Source: an uncultured Holophaga sp. (GTDB lineage Bacteria; Acidobacteriota; Holophagae; Holophagales; Holophagaceae). Taken from it: a stretch of DNA of 64,000 bases. The stretch spans positions 704,001-768,000 of the forward strand of contig OY761614.1 in assembly GCA_963664825.1 (NCBI GenBank), read 5' to 3'. Positions 19,998 to 31,357 of the stretch are shown here, in pieces. The notes beneath the pieces are model-generated. The model saw only the letters and a list, made by a program, of their open reading frames with translations. It was not told where the DNA came from and searched no databases. The translations under genes and the position numbers were made by a program. Every line of letters begins with the position of its first letter. The first letter of the stretch is position 1.

Positions 19998-21110
19998 ATG
20001 AACACTCCGAAACTGATCCTCTACGCTGGCCTCCCCGCGCTCATCCTCGTGGGCGCGGTGGGAATGCACCGCTATAAGCGCAACCAGGAGCTCAATAAAC
20101 AGCGGGCCCAGAAGACCGAGGGACTGGTCCCTGTGACACTGGCCACCGTGGAGAGCCGATCCTTCAGGGGTTCCATCCCCTTCACCGGCACGCTCCTGGC
20201 GGTCAACCGGGCCGAACTGAAGGCCGAGGTCTCGGGCCGGGTCACCCGGGTGGGCGTCCAGGAGGGGGACCGGGTGAAGGCTGGCGCCCTCCTGAGCGCC
20301 CAGGACGAGGACGAGCTGCTGCTCTCCGTCCAGGCCGCCGAGGCCCAATTGGCCCAGGCCCAGGCCCAGGCCCAGCAGGCCCGGCGCGACAATGACCGGG
20401 CCCAGAGCCTGCTGGAAAAGCGCAGCGTCACCCGCCAATCCGCTCAGCAGGCCGAAACCGCCTTCAACGCCACCATGGCCGTGGCCCGGGCCGCCGAGAG
20501 CAACCTGGGCCTGGCCAAGAGTCGCCTCAACAAATCCCGCATCAGATCGCCCTTCGCGGGGGAAGTGGCCCAGCGCCTCGTCCAGCCCGGAGAAGTGCTC
20601 TCCCCCGGCCAGACGGCCTTCACAGTGGTGGATAACCGCCGCCTTGAGATCCAGGCCGATCTGCCGGCGGAAGTGGTGGCCAGCATCAAGGTCGGCATGA
20701 AGGCCGCCTTCCGCGTGACAGGCTTCGACCAGCCCTTCGAGGCCACCCTCACCCAGATCAGCGGATCCGTGCAACAGGATGGCCGTACCCTGCGCGTACG
20801 ACTGGAAGTGCCCAATTCGGATGGACGCCTCAAGAGCGGTCTCTTCGCCGGGGGCGAGATCCTCTCCGAGGGCCAGATCACACGCACCGCCCTGCCGACT
20901 TCCGTGCTCACGGCCGTGGGGCGGGATGCGGAAGTCTACGTGGTGGTCAATAATGTCGCCCGTCGCCAGCGGATCCTGCTCTCCGGGCAGGAACAGGGCG
21001 GATGGCGCCCGGTGGAAGGGCTCAGTGCGGGCGCCCAGGTGGTGGCCCTGGGCCGGGACCTGGTGACCGACGGCACGCGCGTCCAAGCCGCTTCCAGTAA
21101 GGGGAACTGA
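19998..21110 (+). CDS. RND efflux periplasmic adaptor (MFP)
   Basis: Lipoyl-like VSGRVTRVGVQEGDRVKAG, coiled-coil hairpin, IRSPFAG. Confidence 0.92.
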   Translation: MNTPKLILYAGLPALILVGAVGMHRYKRNQELNKQRAQKTEGLVPVTLATVESRSFRGSIPFTGTLLAVNRAELKAEVSGRVTRVGVQEGDRVKAGALLSAQDEDELLLSVQAAEAQLAQAQAQAQQARRDNDRAQSLLEKRSVTRQSAQQAETAFNATMAVARAAESNLGLAKSRLNKSRIRSPFAGEVAQRLVQPGEVLSPGQTAFTVVDNRRLEIQADLPAEVVASIKVGMKAAFRVTGFDQPFEATLTQISGSVQQDGRTLRVRLEVPNSDGRLKSGLFAGGEILSEGQITRTALPTSVLTAVGRDAEVYVVVNNVARRQRILLSGQEQGGWRPVEGLSAGAQVVALGRDLVTDGTRVQAASSKGN

Positions 21111-21112
21111 GC

Positions 21113-24100
21113 ATGTTCCTTTCCGACCTCTCCATCAAGCGACCCGTCCTCACGACCTGCGTGATGCTGGCCCTGGTGATCCTGGGCCTCTTCTCCGTGC
21201 GGACCCTGGGCCTGGATCTCTTCCCCAATATCGATATCCCCGTGGTGACCGTGAGCGTCGCCTATCCCGGCGCCAGCCCCGATGCCGTGGAACAGGATGT
21301 CATCAAGAAGATCGAGGAGGCCGTCAACCCTCTCGAGAAGGTCGACGAGATCAGCTCCACCAGCCAGGAGGGTTTCGGCACGGTGATGATCCAGTTCGCC
21401 ATCGAACGGGATATCGATAAGGCCGTCGACGATGTCCGCTCCAAGATCAGCCAGATCCGCCGAGACCTCCCGGACACAATCAAGGAGCCGGTCATCCAGA
21501 AATTCGACCCGGCCCAGCTGCCTGTGCTCTCCCTGGTGGTGAAGCCGGATGGAACCCACAAGGACATGGGCCCGCGGGAGCTCACACGCATCGCCGACGA
21601 GTTCCTCAAGCGGCGCCTGGAGAACATCCCCGGCGTGGGCAAGGCTGAGGTGGTGGGCGGTTCCACCCGCAATATCCTGGTGCAGGTGGAACCCCAGAAG
21701 CTGGAAGCCCTCGGGCTCAATCTCCAGCAGGTGATGAGCGCCCTGGGCCAGGACACTCAGTCCATCCCCTCGGGCAATCTGCTCACCGACACCCGGGAGA
21801 TCAGCGTGCGGGTGGACGCCAAGGCCCGGCGCGTGGAGGATTTCAACCACGTGGTGGTGGGCAACCTGAAGGGCCGCCCCATCGAGCTGCAGGAAGTAGC
21901 TCGCATCCTGGACGGCATCAAGGAGAAGCGGAGCCTGGCCCGGCTGGATGGTTCGGACGCCGTGGCCCTGGAGATCCAGAAGCAGTCCGGCGGCAACACC
22001 GTGGCCATGGTCAAGTCCGTGGGCAATAAGCTCGAAGAACTCCGGCCGGAGCTCACCAAGCTGGGGGTCACGACCGTCAAGGCCAAGGACAACTCCAAGT
22101 TCATCGAAGACGCCGTGGAGGACGTGACCATCTCCATCATCCTGGGCGGCCTGCTGGCGGTGCTGGTGGTCTTCTACTTCCTGAAGAGCTGGCGCTCCAC
22201 CATCATCACCAGCCTCACGCTGCCGGTTTCCGTCATCGGCTCCTTCGTGATCATGAAGGCCCTGGGCTTCACCCTCAACACCATGACCCTGATGGCGCTC
22301 TCACTGGCCATCGGCATCCTCATCGACGACGCCATCGTGGTGCGGGAGAACATCACCCGTCATTCCGAGATGGGCAAGGATCACATCACGGCCGCCCGGG
22401 AGGGCACGGCCGAGATCGGCCCGGCGGTCATCGCCACCACCCTCTCCATCCTGGCGGTGTTCATTCCCGTGGCCTTCATGGGCGGCATCGTGGGGCGCTT
22501 CTTCTTCTCCTTCGGCATCGTGGTGGCCTTCGCGGTCACCATCTCGCTATTCGTGAGCTTCACCCTGGATCCCATGCTCAGCGCCGTCTGGCCCGATCCC
22601 GAGCACGAGAAGGGCTACCAGGAATCCCATCACGGCCACCGGCACTTCATCATGAAGACCGTGGACTGGTTCAACGACCGGGTCGACGGTTGGGAGAAGT
22701 CCTACCGCGTGGGCATCGAATGGGCCCTGGATCACCGCTGGACCGTGATCCTGAGCGGCTTTGGCAGCTGCGTCCTGGCCTTGATGCTCATGGGGCTGCT
22801 GGGGGGTGATTTCCAGCCCGATTACGACCGGGGCGATCTCCAGGTGGGCTTCAAGGTGCAGGCCGATTCCAGCCTGGAGGCCACCAAGCGCAAGGCCGAG
22901 GAGATCGAGCGCATCATCCGAACCCATCCCGATGGCACGCCCAACCCCGAGGTGGAACACCTCTACACCACCATCGGCACGGGCCTCACGGGCACCATCC
23001 GGGATGGCCAGGTCTACGTGAAATTCACCGACAAGAGCCGCCGAGGCATCGTGGCCATCCGCCGGGAACTGCGGGACCGCCTCCAGAAGGTGGCCGGCGC
23101 CGAGATCGATATCAGCGCCGTCTCGGACATGGGGGATGCCAAGGCCGTGACCCTCGCGCTGGTGAGCCCGGATCGCCGGGCCGTGGAACAGGCCGAGCCC
23201 CTGGTCATGGAGGCCGTCCGCAAGACCGACGGCGCCGTGGATATCACCAGCAGCCGGGACAAGGGCAAGCCCGAACTGCGCCTGGCCGTGGACCGCAAGC
23301 AGGCCTCCGACCTGGGCGTCTCCCCCATGGCCGTGGCCAACCTCCTGCGCCCCCTGGTGGATGGACTGGACGTGGCCAAGTACGAGGACCCCGCCAACGG
23401 TGAGCAGTACGATGTCAACGTGCGCCTCTCGGACCTCAATCGTTCCCGAGGCGATCAGCTGGAATCCATGACCGTGGGCTCCACCAAGAAGGACAAGGTC
23501 GGCAACAATCTGCAGATCAAGCTCAGCAACGTGGCCCGCTTCGAGAACACCACCTCGCCGGCCAAGCTGGAGCGCCGGGGCCTTCAGCCCCAGGTCCTCA
23601 TCTCCGCCAACAAGGAGGGCAAGACGCTCAATGAGGTAGTCGCCGACATGAACCAGAAGGTCGATCAGCTTCACAAGAGCGGAGCTCTCCCCGAGGGCGT
23701 GAAGTTCGCCCCCACGGGCAACGCCAAGCACAACAAGGAGACCGCGGGATACATGGGCACCGCCATGCTGCTGGCTGTCTGCTTCATCTACTTCGTGCTG
23801 GCCAGCCAGTTCGAGAGCTTCAAACTGCCCATCACCATCATGCTCACCCTGCCCCTCTCCATGGTGGGCATGGTGCTCATGCTCCTGGTGACGGGGGACT
23901 CCATGAGCATGATGACCAGCATCGGCCTGATCCTTCTCATGGGCCTGGTGACCAAGAACGCCATCCTGCTGGTGGACCGGGCGCTCCAGAACATGCGGGA
24001 ACACGCCATGCCCCGGAAGGAGGCCCTCATCGAGGCCGGCATGACCCGCCTGCGCCCCATCCTCATGACGACGCTGGCCATGATCGGCGGCATGTTGCCC

Positions 24101-24283
24101 CTCTTCCTGGCCCTGGGTTCCGGCGCCCAGATGCGCGCCCCCATGGCCCGCGCCGTAGTGGGGGGCATCATCACCTCCACCCTCCTGACCCTCATCGTGA
24201 TCCCGGTCTTCTTCGATATCCTGGATGATTTCACCTGGAAGAAGGCCTGGCAGTGGGTGAAAACCCGGATTCGAAGGTCGTAG
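21113..24283 (+). CDS. RND efflux permease
   Basis: 1056 aa; [35 protein letters not shown]. Confidence 0.95.
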   Translation: MFLSDLSIKRPVLTTCVMLALVILGLFSVRTLGLDLFPNIDIPVVTVSVAYPGASPDAVEQDVIKKIEEAVNPLEKVDEISSTSQEGFGTVMIQFAIERDIDKAVDDVRSKISQIRRDLPDTIKEPVIQKFDPAQLPVLSLVVKPDGTHKDMGPRELTRIADEFLKRRLENIPGVGKAEVVGGSTRNILVQVEPQKLEALGLNLQQVMSALGQDTQSIPSGNLLTDTREISVRVDAKARRVEDFNHVVVGNLKGRPIELQEVARILDGIKEKRSLARLDGSDAVALEIQKQSGGNTVAMVKSVGNKLEELRPELTKLGVTTVKAKDNSKFIEDAVEDVTISIILGGLLAVLVVFYFLKSWRSTIITSLTLPVSVIGSFVIMKALGFTLNTMTLMALSLAIGILIDDAIVVRENITRHSEMGKDHITAAREGTAEIGPAVIATTLSILAVFIPVAFMGGIVGRFFFSFGIVVAFAVTISLFVSFTLDPMLSAVWPDPEHEKGYQESHHGHRHFIMKTVDWFNDRVDGWEKSYRVGIEWALDHRWTVILSGFGSCVLALMLMGLLGGDFQPDYDRGDLQVGFKVQADSSLEATKRKAEEIERIIRTHPDGTPNPEVEHLYTTIGTGLTGTIRDGQVYVKFTDKSRRGIVAIRRELRDRLQKVAGAEIDISAVSDMGDAKAVTLALVSPDRRAVEQAEPLVMEAVRKTDGAVDITSSRDKGKPELRLAVDRKQASDLGVSPMAVANLLRPLVDGLDVAKYEDPANGEQYDVNVRLSDLNRSRGDQLESMTVGSTKKDKVGNNLQIKLSNVARFENTTSPAKLERRGLQPQVLISANKEGKTLNEVVADMNQKVDQLHKSGALPEGVKFAPTGNAKHNKETAGYMGTAMLLAVCFIYFVLASQFESFKLPITIMLTLPLSMVGMVLMLLVTGDSMSMMTSIGLILLMGLVTKNAILLVDRALQNMREHAMPRKEALIEAGMTRLRPILMTTLAMIGGMLPLFLALGSGAQMRAPMARAVVGGIITSTLLTLIVIPVFFDILDDFTWKKAWQWVKTRIRRS

Positions 24284-24287
24284 ACAG

Positions 24288-25007
24288 ATGACAGAGCCCC
24301 TTGAATCCGCCGCCACCTTCCACCGCATCGTCGAGGAGCGCCGCACCATCCGCGCCTTCCGGCCCGATCCCGTGCCCCAGGAGGTGCTGGACCGCTGCCT
24401 GGATAGCGCCCTGCGCGCCGCCAGCTCCAGCAATCTCCAACCCTGGGAATTCGTGATCATCCGGGATCCCAAAGTGCGCCAGGCGGCCAACGCCATCTGC
24501 TTCCACCAGCGGGGCCCCGAGACCGCCCCCCTGCTCATCGCCATCATCACCCACCGGGAGACTTGGCAGCGCCACTGCCGCTACATCCTGGACACCTTGA
24601 AGGAGCGCGGCATCCTGCGCAAGAGTCAGCAGCAGTATTGGGGTCGCCTCATGCCGCTGATCTACACCCAGGGGCCCTTCGGCATCCTGGGTCTCTTCAA
24701 GAAGGCCGCCAGCAGAGTGATCTCGATCTTCCGCCCCATGCATAACATGCAGAGCCGGGCCGATCTCCGGGTGATGACCCACAAGTCCACGGCCCTGGGA
24801 GCGGCCACCTTCATGCTGGCCCTCAAGGCCGAAGGCTACGATTCCTGCCCCATGGAGGGCTTCGACCCCTGGCGGGCCAAGAAGCTACTGAAGCTCCCGC
24901 GGGGCGCCGAGGTGTGCATGTTCCTGGCCGTGGGCAAGCGCTCCGAGACCGGGATCTGGTGGGAGCGCATCCTCGTGCCCCGGGAATGGACCGTGCGAGA
25001 GATCTGA
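24288..25007 (+). CDS. Nitroreductase family protein
   Basis: RRTIRAF, ASSSNLQPWEF, GYDSCPMEGFD. Confidence 0.9.
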   Translation: MTEPLESAATFHRIVEERRTIRAFRPDPVPQEVLDRCLDSALRAASSSNLQPWEFVIIRDPKVRQAANAICFHQRGPETAPLLIAIITHRETWQRHCRYILDTLKERGILRKSQQQYWGRLMPLIYTQGPFGILGLFKKAASRVISIFRPMHNMQSRADLRVMTHKSTALGAATFMLALKAEGYDSCPMEGFDPWRAKKLLKLPRGAEVCMFLAVGKRSETGIWWERILVPREWTVREI

Positions 25008-25445
25008 TCCCACGCGTTCAACACCGGGGGAAAAGGAGAACCACGGAGAACTCTGATGAACGCCGATGGAAATCAGAGGGCTGGCCACGCTCCCGTGCGA
25101 CCGCCTCTGGCTTCCTATCTGCGTTTATCTGCGTGCATCAGAGTGAATCCTTGTTTTCTGTTCTTCATGGATCCGAGTGGAGAGCGGCTTCCCCCCAAGG
25201 CCTGCAGTTGGGCGCGGTCGGGCGCATGCGGAAATACCTGAAGCACAGGGATGCAAGGGATCCTGACCTCGGTCGGGGGAAATCTCCTTCGGAAAGGAGT
25301 GTCACCCCAGCGGGCCCAATGGCCTGCCCCCAGCAGAAACGGATCCTCCATTTTCCTCCCTGCTTTTCTCCGTGCCCTCCGCGTGGTGGGACTTTCCTTA
25401 CGGCACAGCCCCGTTGGGCCTGGAAGGAGAAGGCGAGCTTAGTCC

Positions 25446-26915
25446 CAATACGGTTCACTTAAGGCTTTGAATGGAGATGGCGGGGGTGCAGCGGGCGTTG
25501 CACTTGATGGTTCTGTCGCGGACGTTCCAATTGCTCATTTTACGCTTGACCCCCCGGGGATTGGTGCGATTTCGACTGGAGCTGGCCGGTTCCTTCACGA
25601 GCTCTTGCAGAATGGCGTTGTGGGCGATCAGGCGTTGGGTTGGGGGGAGAGAGCCGCGAAGTGCGGCAGGGTGCGGCGGATGACCCTCACGGCATGGATG
25701 AACGATAGTCGATCCGGGTCGATCTCGGCCTGGAGTGCGGCTTCATGCATGAGGCCCCGAATGGCGAAATGGGCCATCATCAGGCCGTAGAACTCCTGGC
25801 GGATGAGATCGGGGGTCTTGCTGCGCAACAGCATCTGGCGGCCTCGGAGGTGGGTCTTCAGCTCGTCGAAGGCGGACTCGATCTCCCAGCGTTCGGGATA
25901 GAGCGCGGCCAACTCGACGGCCGGGGCGATCTTGGGATCCAGGAGGGTGGTGATGAGACGGTAGGTGGTTTCGCCCTCGGAATCGGGGGGCATTGGAATG
26001 CCCTGGAGTGTGTAGGCGATGACTCGCACCCGAACGCCTTTTGAGGGGTGTCGATATTCACGGGTGGGATACAGGGTGGAGAGGTAGGAGCCGTCTTCGA
26101 GTTCCTCTTCCCTGGGCAGGCCGAGCTTGGCATTGACCCTCCAGAGGAGGTCAGCACCGGTGGCCCTGGCTTTGTTCCAAAACTCGAAGCCGTAGAAACC
26201 GCGATCGGCGAGACAGAGCATCCCTGGGGTCAGGGCCGGGAGGAGTTGGTGGGCGATGGCTTTCTCGCTGGTGTTGAAGCCCTCCATGCGGGAAGCAAAG
26301 AGGACATGGGTACCGCTCTCAACCAGGGAGACGAAGCGCACCTGTGGATAGGCGCTGGTTCCTCGGGCAACGCCGGGGCGGCCGAACTCCGTTTCGATGG
26401 CAGGATCCTCGGGAACATCCAGGGTGCTGCCGTCGATGCTGACAATGCGCCACTGGCGGTACCAGGCCCCGGGGGTGTCCGGGGTGGCGATGGGCTGGAC
26501 AACCTTGTCGTGAAGACGCTGGAGAGGTTCCCAGCCGAGACGGGACCTAGCCTGAGAGATGGCGGACTTCCCGGCGATATGCAGGTCGTCGGGGGTGCCT
26601 TGCAGCCACCGGAGCCCCTCCATGAGGCAGCGCAGGACCTCTCGGCAGGAGGCCTGGGTAAAGAGGGCCAGAGCAATGACGTAGTAGATCACCACATGCG
26701 CCGGCAGATCTCGGTGGCGTTGACTCGCCCGCCCAGTCTCCTTGAGCACCGCTTCCACCTGGTGCGTGGGGAAGAGCCGGGCCACCACCCCGAGGGTGAT
26801 GAAGTCCGAGATTCGCGTTCCACCCTCGAGCGTAGCTGGTGTCCTGGCCATTGTGAGCCCTACACCGAATCTAGGCAGTCACACAGGCCTGTCAAGGCTT
26901 AAGTGAACGGTATTA
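25446..26915 (-). mobile_element. IS4-family insertion sequence, intact
   Basis: Imperfect TIRs CAATACGGTTCACTTAAG / TAATACCGTTCACTTAAG; target duplication AGCTTAGTCC at 25436-25445 and 26916-26925. Confidence 0.92.
25628..26851 (-). CDS. IS4-family DDE transposase
   Basis: SIDGSTL, LADRGF, YPERWEIESAFDELK (YREK motif). Confidence 0.93.
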   Translation of the reverse strand: MARTPATLEGGTRISDFITLGVVARLFPTHQVEAVLKETGRASQRHRDLPAHVVIYYVIALALFTQASCREVLRCLMEGLRWLQGTPDDLHIAGKSAISQARSRLGWEPLQRLHDKVVQPIATPDTPGAWYRQWRIVSIDGSTLDVPEDPAIETEFGRPGVARGTSAYPQVRFVSLVESGTHVLFASRMEGFNTSEKAIAHQLLPALTPGMLCLADRGFYGFEFWNKARATGADLLWRVNAKLGLPREEELEDGSYLSTLYPTREYRHPSKGVRVRVIAYTLQGIPMPPDSEGETTYRLITTLLDPKIAPAVELAALYPERWEIESAFDELKTHLRGRQMLLRSKTPDLIRQEFYGLMMAHFAIRGLMHEAALQAEIDPDRLSFIHAVRVIRRTLPHFAALSPQPNA

Positions 26916-26985
26916 AGCTTAGTCCCCTCTGCCGCCTCCGGTGTCGGCTACCGTTAGAGGCACCTTCTCATCGGGAGCCCTGACG

Positions 26986-28119
26986 ATGCCCTTCTCCCCT
27001 CTAGCCCTCGGCCCCGAGCTGGAACGCGCCTTCGCGGCGCTGGGCTACACCCGGCCCTTCCCCGTGCAGGAGCAGGCGATTCCCGCTGTACTGGCGGGCC
27101 AGGATCTGGTGGTGCAAGCCCAGACAGGCTCGGGGAAAACCATCGCCTTCCTGGCGCCCCTCCTCCACATGCTGGTGCAAGGCCATTCGGAGCCGACTCC
27201 AGGCAACCCGCCCCGTGTCCTGGTGCTGGTGCCCACCCGGGAGCTGGCCATGCAGGTGGGAGACAGGGCGAAGGAACTGGCGAGGCACCTGGCTGTCCCC
27301 CTGAAGATCCGCACGGCCTTCGGGGGCGTCTCCATCAACCCCCAGATGATGGCCCTGCGGGGGGGCGCGGACCTGGTCATCGCCACACCGGGACGCCTGC
27401 TGGACCTGGTGCGCCAGAATGCCCTGAGCCTGGGGAGGCTCCGTCATCTGGTGATCGATGAGGCCGATAAGCTGCTGGAACTGGGCTTCAGCGACGAAAT
27501 GGAAGAGGTCCGGCGGCTGTTGCCCTTCCAGCGCCAGACGCTCCTGTTCTCCGCCACCATGAACACGGCCGTCCAGGAGCTCGTCCAGTCCTTCCTGAAC
27601 GATCCCCAAACCCTCCAGGTAGAGGCCGGACCGGAACTGGCCCTCTCCATCGAGGAAAAGGCCTACCTCCTCCCCCAGGAGACCAAGGGCCCCTTCCTGC
27701 GGGAACTGCTGGCCCGGGAGACCTGGCCACAGGTGCTGGTCTTCGTGGCCTCCGGCAGGCGGGCCGATAACGTGGTCCGCAAGCTGGCCAATAACGGCAT
27801 GAGGGCTCTTTCGCTGCACGGCGACAAGAGCATGAGCGCCCGCATGGACGCCCTGGACCAATTCCGGAACGGCAGCCTCCGGGTGCTGGTGGCCACCGAT
27901 CTCATCTCCCGGGGCATCGATGTGAGCGGCCTTGCCTGCGTCATCAACTATGATCTGCCCCGGTCTCCCCGGGACTATGTCCACCGCATCGGCCGCACTG
28001 GAAGGGCGGGCCTGAGCGGGATCGCCATCAGCCTCGTGGGGCCAGACGAAGAAGCCCACCTGGGGCTCATCGAGAAGAAGGTCGGCCGGAGGTTCGTGAA
28101 GGAAACGGTCCAGCCCTAG
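26986..28119 (+). CDS. DEAD-box RNA helicase (RhlE-like)
   Basis: AQTGSGKT, PTRELA, DEAD, SAT, HRIGRTGRAG. Confidence 0.95.
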   Translation: MPFSPLALGPELERAFAALGYTRPFPVQEQAIPAVLAGQDLVVQAQTGSGKTIAFLAPLLHMLVQGHSEPTPGNPPRVLVLVPTRELAMQVGDRAKELARHLAVPLKIRTAFGGVSINPQMMALRGGADLVIATPGRLLDLVRQNALSLGRLRHLVIDEADKLLELGFSDEMEEVRRLLPFQRQTLLFSATMNTAVQELVQSFLNDPQTLQVEAGPELALSIEEKAYLLPQETKGPFLRELLARETWPQVLVFVASGRRADNVVRKLANNGMRALSLHGDKSMSARMDALDQFRNGSLRVLVATDLISRGIDVSGLACVINYDLPRSPRDYVHRIGRTGRAGLSGIAISLVGPDEEAHLGLIEKKVGRRFVKETVQP

Positions 28120-28160
28120 GCCGGAGGCACGCAGGGCAAGGAGATGAACGCGAAACCGTA

Positions 28161-29843
28161 TCAGCCCTCCCGGATGGCCTGAAGGAAGGCCGCTCCGTAG
28201 AGTTCCAGCTTCTTCATGCCCACGCCGCTGAGGGCCAGGAAGTGGTCTTCGGTCTCGGGACGGAAGCGGGCCATGTGCTGCAAGGTGGCGTCGGTGAAGA
28301 CCACGTAGGCCGGGACGCCCCGGGCATCGGCCAGCTGCTTGCGCAGGGTCTTGAGGCGCAGATAGAGGGCCTCTTCCTCATCCTGGGCCACGGGCTCCGG
28401 GGCCGTGAAGGGGTGGGCCGATTTCAGGCGGGTCTGCCTGGAGGCCTTCGGCGCTTCCACCAGCAGGTCCCTGCCCGTGCACACATCGCAGCTGGAGCCG
28501 CAGGGGGCAAGCTCCTCGCCGAAGTGCCTGGCCAGGGCCTGGTGGCGGCACTGGTTGGATTCGGCGAAACGGAACATCTCCCGCACCTGCCGCTTCTGGA
28601 TCTCCGCCTGCTCGGCCTCCACGCCATCGGAAAAGCGTTCCAGGCTCATCACATCGGCCCAGGAGTAGAAGAGCACGCAGTCGGCGTCGGCCCCATCGCG
28701 GCCAGCACGGCCGATCTCCTGGGAGAAGCCCTCCAGGCTCTTGGGCATATCCCGGTGGATCACGAAACGGACATTGCTCTTATCGATGCCCATGCCGAAG
28801 GCGATGGTGGCCACCACCACATCCACATCGTCCCGGCGGAAGGCCTCCTGGGCCTCCTCCCGGGCCGCGGCGTTCATGCCCGCGTGGTAGGCCGCGGCCC
28901 GCACCCCGTGGGACTGGAGGTATTCGGCCGTGGAGTCCACACTCTTGCGGCTGAGGCAGTAGACGATGCCCGTCTGGCCCCGGCGGGCCAGCACCAGGCG
29001 CAGGATGGCGTCCCTCACGGTGGGGCCGTCGCCCCCCTTCTTGAGGGCGTGGATCTTCAGATTGGGCCGGAAGAAGGAGCCCCGATAGGCGAAGGGGTCC
29101 TTCATGCCCAGCTGTTCCATGATATCGGCCGCCACGGCCTCCGTGGCGGTGGCGGTGAGGGCCAACACGGGCAGGCCACCGAAACGTGCCTTCAGGCCTG
29201 CCAGGTTGCGGTAGCTGGGCCTGAAATCGTGGCCCCAGTGGCTGATGCAATGGGCTTCGTCCACGGCGATGAAGCGCAGATCCAGGCGCTCCAGCAGGGG
29301 GCCGATGCTCTGTTCGATGCCCTCGGGAGCCGCATACACCAGCTCGAAATCGCCCCGATGCAGGCCCCGGATGCGCTCCGCGCGCTGCTCGGAACTGAGG
29401 CTGGAGTTGAGACAAGTGGCCCGCAGACCTCCCTCGGTGAGGGCGTCCACCTGGTCCTTCATCAGCGCGATGAGGGGCGAGATCACCAGGGTCGTGCCGC
29501 CCATGACCCTCGCCGGGAGCTGGTAGAGCAGGCTCTTGCCGGCCCCGGTGGGCATCACGGCCAGGGCGTCGCGCCCGGCGAAGACCGCCCGGATCACATC
29601 CTCCTGGCCCGGCCGGAAGCTCGAATAGCCGAAGACCTCCTTGAGCTGGGTGCGCAGCTTCACGGACTCCCCCAGGGCCTTCAGCTCCGCCAGCACCGAG
29701 GGCCGGAAGGCCTTGGAATGGCTCCGGTAGGTCCCCCTCAGACCCTCCAAAATCCGCTGGGCCCCTGCGAAATCCCCGCCTGCCGCAGTGGCCCGGAGCG
29801 CGTGGAGTTCGGTTTCAAGGGTCTCCGGAGAAGGATCAGCCAT
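28161..29843 (-). CDS. recQ: RecQ-family DNA helicase with HRDC domain
   Basis: MPTGAGKS, DEAHCISHWGHDFRP, QEIGRAGRDG, Zn-binding Cys cluster, VPAYVVFTDATL. Confidence 0.92.
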   Translation of the reverse strand: MADPSPETLETELHALRATAAGGDFAGAQRILEGLRGTYRSHSKAFRPSVLAELKALGESVKLRTQLKEVFGYSSFRPGQEDVIRAVFAGRDALAVMPTGAGKSLLYQLPARVMGGTTLVISPLIALMKDQVDALTEGGLRATCLNSSLSSEQRAERIRGLHRGDFELVYAAPEGIEQSIGPLLERLDLRFIAVDEAHCISHWGHDFRPSYRNLAGLKARFGGLPVLALTATATEAVAADIMEQLGMKDPFAYRGSFFRPNLKIHALKKGGDGPTVRDAILRLVLARRGQTGIVYCLSRKSVDSTAEYLQSHGVRAAAYHAGMNAAAREEAQEAFRRDDVDVVVATIAFGMGIDKSNVRFVIHRDMPKSLEGFSQEIGRAGRDGADADCVLFYSWADVMSLERFSDGVEAEQAEIQKRQVREMFRFAESNQCRHQALARHFGEELAPCGSSCDVCTGRDLLVEAPKASRQTRLKSAHPFTAPEPVAQDEEEALYLRLKTLRKQLADARGVPAYVVFTDATLQHMARFRPETEDHFLALSGVGMKKLELYGAAFLQAIREG

Positions 29844-29871
29844 GGATTGATTGTGACATCGGAAGGGGCCC

Positions 29872-31260
29872 TCAGATGCGCTCTGGAACCTGGGACCCGA
29901 GGATCTTCCGGAACTGGGCCTTCAGGATGAAGAGCGTCACGATGGACGCCGTAAGATCGGCCACCGGTTCGGCGACCCACACGCCATTCAGCCCCCAATG
30001 GAGGGGGAGCAGGATCAGGAAGGGGATCAGGAACAGGACCTGCCGGGAGAGGGAAAGCACCACGGAGATCTTCGCCCTGCCGATGGACTGGAAGAAACCG
30101 GAGGTCACCATCTGGAATCCGACGATGGGGAACAGCAGGAAGATGAGGCGCATCCCCCTCACGGCCTCGCGGACGAGCTCGGGATCCCGCGTGAAGGCAC
30201 TGGCCACGGTCGTCGGGATGAGCTCTCCGAGGAGGAATCCGCAGGTGGTGACGCAGGTAGCGGTGATCACGGCGCACCGGAAGACGCGCCCCACCCGCTC
30301 GAACTGCCGGGCGCCGAAGTTGAAACCGGCGATGGGCTGCATCCCCATGATCACACCCACCACGATCATCACGAAGAGCCCGGCCAGGCTATTGATGATG
30401 CCGAAGGCACCGATGGCGTAATCCCCCCCGTACCGCGCCAACCGCAGATTGAAGACGACGGCCACCATGCTCGCGCAGAAGAGGGTGGTAAAGTTGGACA
30501 TGCCGATGGCGAAGATGCCCCGGATGATCTTCAGCTTCGGCCGGAAACACCCCGGGATGAAGTGGACGGAGCTGCTCGGACGGGCGAAGTGCAGAAGCGT
30601 CCAGAGGGTGCCGAAGGCCTGGGCGCACACCGTGGCCAGGGCGGCTCCCCGGATCCCCCAATGGAAGGCGAAGATGAAGAGGGGAGCCAGGGCCAGGTTG
30701 ATGCCCACCGTGAGCAGGGTGGTGACCATGGCCTTGCGGGGATAGCCCGAGGCCCTCATGACGCCATTCAGGCCCAGATAGAGGTGCGTAAAGATATTAC
30801 CCAGGAGAATGATCTGCATGAACTGCCGGGCGTAGGGCAGCGTCTCCAGGCTGGCCCCCATACCGAACAGGATCCTGTCCAGGAAGATGAGCCCCAGCAG
30901 GGAGGTGCAGATGCCGATAACCACATTCAGGAAGACCGTATTGCCCAGGATGGCATCCGCTTCGCCCTTGTTGCGTTCTCCCAACCGGATGGAGACCAGG
31001 GAGGCGGCGCCCGCCCCCACCAGGGCCCCGAAGGCCGCTGCCAGGTTCATCACGGGAAAGGTGAGGGCCAGTCCCGAGATGGCCATGGCCCCCACGCCGT
31101 GGCCGATGAACACGCGGTCGATGATGTTGTAGAGCGAGGCGGCAGCAGTGCCGATGATGGCCGGAATGGAATACTGGACCAGGAGTCGCCCCACGCCGCC
31201 CGTCCCCAGGGCATTGCTGGGATGGGCTTCCAGGGAGGCTATGTCGTCATCAATGGGCAT
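29872..31260 (-). CDS. MATE-family efflux transporter
   Basis: LYNIIDRVFIG, GIRGAALAT, QPIAGFNFGA; about 12 TM segments. Confidence 0.92.
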   Translation of the reverse strand: MPIDDDIASLEAHPSNALGTGGVGRLLVQYSIPAIIGTAAASLYNIIDRVFIGHGVGAMAISGLALTFPVMNLAAAFGALVGAGAASLVSIRLGERNKGEADAILGNTVFLNVVIGICTSLLGLIFLDRILFGMGASLETLPYARQFMQIILLGNIFTHLYLGLNGVMRASGYPRKAMVTTLLTVGINLALAPLFIFAFHWGIRGAALATVCAQAFGTLWTLLHFARPSSSVHFIPGCFRPKLKIIRGIFAIGMSNFTTLFCASMVAVVFNLRLARYGGDYAIGAFGIINSLAGLFVMIVVGVIMGMQPIAGFNFGARQFERVGRVFRCAVITATCVTTCGFLLGELIPTTVASAFTRDPELVREAVRGMRLIFLLFPIVGFQMVTSGFFQSIGRAKISVVLSLSRQVLFLIPFLILLPLHWGLNGVWVAEPVADLTASIVTLFILKAQFRKILGSQVPERI

Positions 31261-31357
31261 GGTTCTTCTTTTTCAGAGGGAAGTTTATCTGTTCGGGAAG
31301 GCGAAGGCCCCCGGCTGGGGGCCTTCACGGGAAGAAGGAGCGGCTTTCAGAAAAGGT

